This document shows, piece after piece, positions 60,238 to 64,000 of a DNA stretch of 64,000 bases. The translations under genes were made by a program, and so were the position numbers. This DNA is from Pavona decussata (Eukaryota), in assembly GCA_977016875.1 (NCBI GenBank), contig CDRNST010000083.1, positions 62,001 to 126,000 of the forward strand. Reading direction: 5' to 3'. The stretch's first letter is position 1. Every line of letters starts with the position of its first letter. Under the pieces are notes generated by a model. That model made no database searches, had not been told where the DNA came from, and saw only the letters and a list, made by a program, of their open reading frames with translations.

Positions 60238-60307
60238 TAATCTCGTACCCAGATCTCCCACATTTCGACATTCCCGAACCGACGACTGAGATCGGGGTAC
60301 GAGATTA
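60238..60307. mobile_element. 70-bp MITE with 9-bp TSD
   Basis: TAATCTCGTACCCAGATCTC / GAGATCGGGGTACGAGATTA; CTTGGTGTG on both flanks. Confidence 0.8.
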
Positions 60308-60854
60308 CTTGGTGTGAACATTTTGGGAAGAAAATGCAATATAAGCTGACGATTATTGCTGTGTGAACTAGTATCCGACAAACCAATACTGACCAACCCG
60401 GAAATTAAAAATCCTTTTACAAGCCGATAAAGTCGTAGCGACAGTGTTATTTCTTGTGCTTCNNNNNNNNNNNNNNNNNNNNNNNNNNNNNNNNNNNNNN
60501 NNNNNNNNNNNNNNNNNNNNNNNNNNNNNNNNNNNNNNNNNNNNNNNNNNNNNNNNNNNNNNNNNNNNNNNNNNNNNNNNNNNNNNNNNNNNTGAGATTT
60601 TTTTTAATGTTTCAAATCTGTGAAACAAGGAGAAAAATGTTTAATCAAACAACCGTCCAAAGATGAATAATTACGACATGTGAACACAGGAACACCAGCA
60701 AGGAAAGCAAACTTTAAAATGTTCATCCTGTGTTCCCCAATGTTTTTGTGAATACAGTGTGATCTGTTTGGATGCTTATTGTAGAAAGTTTTACGAAATG
60801 GAATCTTATTCCCCAAGTTACGAGTTGTCGTTTGCCGCTCCGAAAACAAAAGGA

Positions 60855-61035
60855 ATTAATGAGAATGATGTATTATTCAATGAATGACGCAGGCATACTC
60901 GGAAAAAGGAAATCCGAGTGCTCCTATCAGGAGTCGAACCTAAGACCTTCCAATTACTAGTTCGGATGCTCTACCACTGAGCTACAAGAGACTCGTGGGA
61001 ACTAAGGCCATTAAACTAGGTCCTTGGGACAAACA
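60855..61035 (-). mobile_element. tRNA-containing repeat, family 1
   Basis: Closely similar to the reverse complement of 28798-28977. Confidence 0.8.
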
Positions 61036-61241
61036 AAAGGAATTAGTTACCCTGTGCTATAAACGATTTTTAGCTGATACTTTGCAGAACAAACCTTTAG
61101 ATTCTCTTTGAACTAGACTAAGACGAATTTCTGAATCGATCAGTGAACACGATGTTATGTAAAAACAGTATTCTCGGCCATGTGTAAATGTAGATCGCGT
61201 TAATACCGGATGCTAATGCCCTGATCAGAGTTCCTCAATTT

Positions 61242-61249
61242 ACTTCCGG
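61242..61249. promoter_or_regulatory. ETS-type motif ACTTCCGG upstream of GIPC
   Basis: Consensus ETS core ~160 bp upstream of the ATG; motif match only. Confidence 0.25.
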
Positions 61250-61404
61250 TTTAAAATCACGCAAACTCATTCCCCTACCCTACCCCTGTCAGATGTAGCT
61301 GACTTTACAACCCGAAAAAGCCCTGGAAACTAGTTCACAAAAGGATGTGGTTTCGTTGATTACAGACGGTTTTGTGGTTCACTAAATTTCTTTCCACCGA
61401 AATA

Positions 61405-61785
61405 ATGCCTCTTTTCAAGAAAGGGGGCGCTAATTTTTCCGATTCCCGTAAAGGCGATGGAGATAAGAAAGCATCAAGTAATCGATCACCTGGCGTTGGA
61501 GCACCAAACAACTCACAAATAAGCACAGCAAGTTCGCCACCGCCGTCTCTTCCCCCTCGATCGCCGCAGCCGGTTTCTAAGTCAAATGCTTCTCGAACGC
61601 CTCAAAATCAGCCAGCGCAATCCGAGATACAGCAACAGCTCGAGGAACAACCACCACCTCCACCTAAGTTTGTATTTTACTGCCAACTTGCTCATGGAAG
61701 TCCGACAGGGAAGGTCGAAGGCTTCACCAACGTGAAAGAACTGTACCAGAAAATCGCCGAAGTATTCAAACTTCATGCAAGTGAG
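61405..61785 (+). CDS. GIPC1: GIPC family PDZ adaptor, first coding exon (gene continues beyond the window)
   Basis: MPLF start, Pro-rich N-terminus, then [31 protein letters not shown] matching the GIPC GH1 region; donor GAG|GTCAGT. Confidence 0.88.
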
Positions 61786-62454
61786 GTCAGTGTACTATCT
61801 TTAGCTGAAATTATCAGATTTTGTTTTGGTTGGATCGAATGAAATTGTTCGCATATCAACTTCACAAATGTCCAGTCTGTCTATTTCATTATCTTTTCTA
61901 TTGAATTTTCTTTTTCATTGGATTCGATCATTGCTAACTTTATGCAGCTGTACATTCACGCTATTTTAAACTGTTAGTCGTGCTTGTCGTTCTCCTCTCG
62001 AATTTTCCAAAATCCAGATATGAAAGCGTGTTTATACACTGACTTCATGTACGGCTGTACATACATTTAATTTTTCAAAAAATCTGCGTTAAGCCAAACC
62101 TCTCAACTGTACTCTTGTGTTTACTCTCCTTTCACGGCCATGCATTTGTTATTTTATTTTTAAATTTCCAATATAAATAAGTCGCTGTATAAGGTAACAA
62201 AATGAGTGCCCTTTTAAGATATTGCCCAGAAAGGGTTGTCAAAACAATAGTTCAGCTCGATGAGCTCTAATGAGCTATATCTAAGTGAATGACCCTGTAT
62301 TAATATTTTAAATAATTTATAGACCGTTATTGCAACAGCAGATACATGTACACTGTACATACTACCCATCAAGCAGCAGTTTCGAACTGCTCTGCAAGAG
62401 GGCTAGTGAGAGAACTGAAAAAAACGTTCAATTTCTTGTTACTCTTAGCAAAAC

Positions 62455-62487
62455 TTATTTATTTATTTAATATTTATTTATTTATTT

Positions 62488-62513
<26 letters not shown>
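62455..62513. repeat. (TTTA)n microsatellite
   Basis: Seen directly. Confidence 0.85.
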
Positions 62514-62519
<6 letters not shown>

Positions 62520-63714
62520 GGCAATCAACTAAAATGATTTTGAATGGTCAAACAGATCTTTTAAACTGGAGGCATGTCAGCGATGGATACAACGTTTTTA
62601 CACAATTAAGTCTAATAAAAATACAGTGAACTATGTACTAATTAAAAGTGTTTATATCCAGTGGCCGTGGACAAACATGAATGCATATAATCACCAAATC
62701 AGTGGTAAAATGGTGTTGTTTACTTATTGATCCATGGCTATCTGCAGCATTGTCATTAAAACGTTGGAAAAAGATCGTGTAAAAAGTAAAGTATCCAGTC
62801 TAAAATTAAAGAACGTCTCATGCCTTTTGTTTAATCTAAGTAGTTGGCCATCTTTATTGTACTTGCAGGCCATATTGGTTGGCTTGCTTGGCTATGGCAA
62901 AGAGAGCATCACAAGTCAATAGGATTTAATAAACAAACCAATGAATCTGCACATGGGTTGTAACTATTCTTACATATCTTTCCAAAACAACAATATCAAG
63001 TGAGTTTTTTGGAGAAAGTGAGCGGACAACACTAATTTGGAGCAACTACAGATTTACAGGGCCACTTTGGTCCACACACATAAGAACAACACAACACAAT
63101 AGAACGACACAATAGATGCTATTATCATGTAAATAAGTGGCCCTGTATTCTGTAATTTAGCCACTAATTTTTTTACAAATGGGTTTAAATAATGTAAGCC
63201 GATATTTAAAGTGAAACTTTTGTTAGCGTTGTCATCATAGCTGTTCATGGCCCTTAAGGAAAGCCCTGTACTATGGAAGGTGGTTAATAAAATTGGAGGG
63301 TTGCTTATAAGGTTTCTCTGGCAAGCCAGGAAATGGGGTAATCAAGAAACCTGTGCTTAAGCACTTCTTCTGTAAAATGGGTGGATTCTTAGTGCACTTT
63401 AGTAATAATTATTAATGTTTAAGTACATGTACATGACAACTATAGCATTGCATTACTGTACATTATAAAATAGCCAGGGTCAAGCAAGCTTTGTGATTGG
63501 TCAAACTGAGTTTTTTATAACTCCACAATGCACGAAGCATATGTATGGTGCGTGCATTATAATTGTACATATGCACGGAGCACACGTCAGATTTTTTGCC
63601 TGTGAAAATCTGAGAAATTCAGCGACAGACCGCCATTATGGCCAAGCAATTTCCCTCGTTTGACTGCGGTTTTGAGTTTCTCAATGATATTGTAAACACT
63701 AACCGATGGTTATC

Positions 63715-63890
63715 GAGCTCTGAGGTTGTATCTGTCCAAGTTGAATCCAAAGTGCGAAGCTCTCTTTCAGCTCCCTCAACGCGACTGGACCGAAGCAAAC
63801 GGCGCCGTGCAAACCGTCTGGCATGAAAATCGCCCGCTCTGTGTTAAGAGTCTGGGCACTATGATGAAATCACAAATATCACAAATCATT
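63715..63890 (+). mobile_element. Crypton-like (DUF3504 tyrosine-recombinase) relic in GIPC intron 1
   Basis: LYLSKLNPKCEALFQ..VWHENRPLCVKSLGTMMK..IS resembles the DUF3504 segment YLSK..LFQxP..WY...PLG...L..MM..IS. Confidence 0.6.
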
Positions 63891-64000
63891 GTGTTTGAGC
63901 AACAGCGATAACCTTGTGGTCAGAGCGGGCTTGGCAGATCGGCACATTTGCCACATTTCGGGCCACAGAAACCCAAACAGTCTCTAACATTACAATTCCC

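Noticed and set aside
1-64000. CRISPR array or prokaryotic operon
   Set aside because: No regularly spaced repeat-spacer array; spliceosomal introns and eukaryotic TEs throughout

Overview
AT-rich animal (invertebrate) genomic DNA with assembly gaps. The repeat repertoire suggests a cnidarian or stony coral (inference). (1) 1-16.5 kb is a transposon pile built on (TTA)n/(TAA)n microsatellites: several 5'-truncated CRE-like RLE non-LTR retrotransposons (+), one R4/Dong-like RLE fragment (-), and a decayed near-full-length BEL/Pao LTR retrotransposon with at least three nested insertions. The first ~3.3 kb is a near-identical duplicate of ~4.1-7.2 kb. (2) A lone signal-peptide exon lies on the minus strand at ~18.7 kb, probably exon 1 of a gene running out of the window to the left. 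(3) A complete 28-exon receptor-type protein tyrosine phosphatase gene lies on + at 24652-56150; my hand splicing gives 4413 nt, 1470 aa: signal peptide, 8 FN3, TM, PTP D1 and D2, with no Ig domains seen. (4) The first coding exon of a GIPC PDZ-adaptor gene is at 61405-61785, followed by a Crypton-like (DUF3504) relic. Introns and intergenic DNA carry many MITEs, decayed hammerhead-ribozyme/Penelope-type repeats and ~250-bp tRNA-containing repeats with terminal direct repeats. The latter look circularly permuted and are the most unusual signal in the window.
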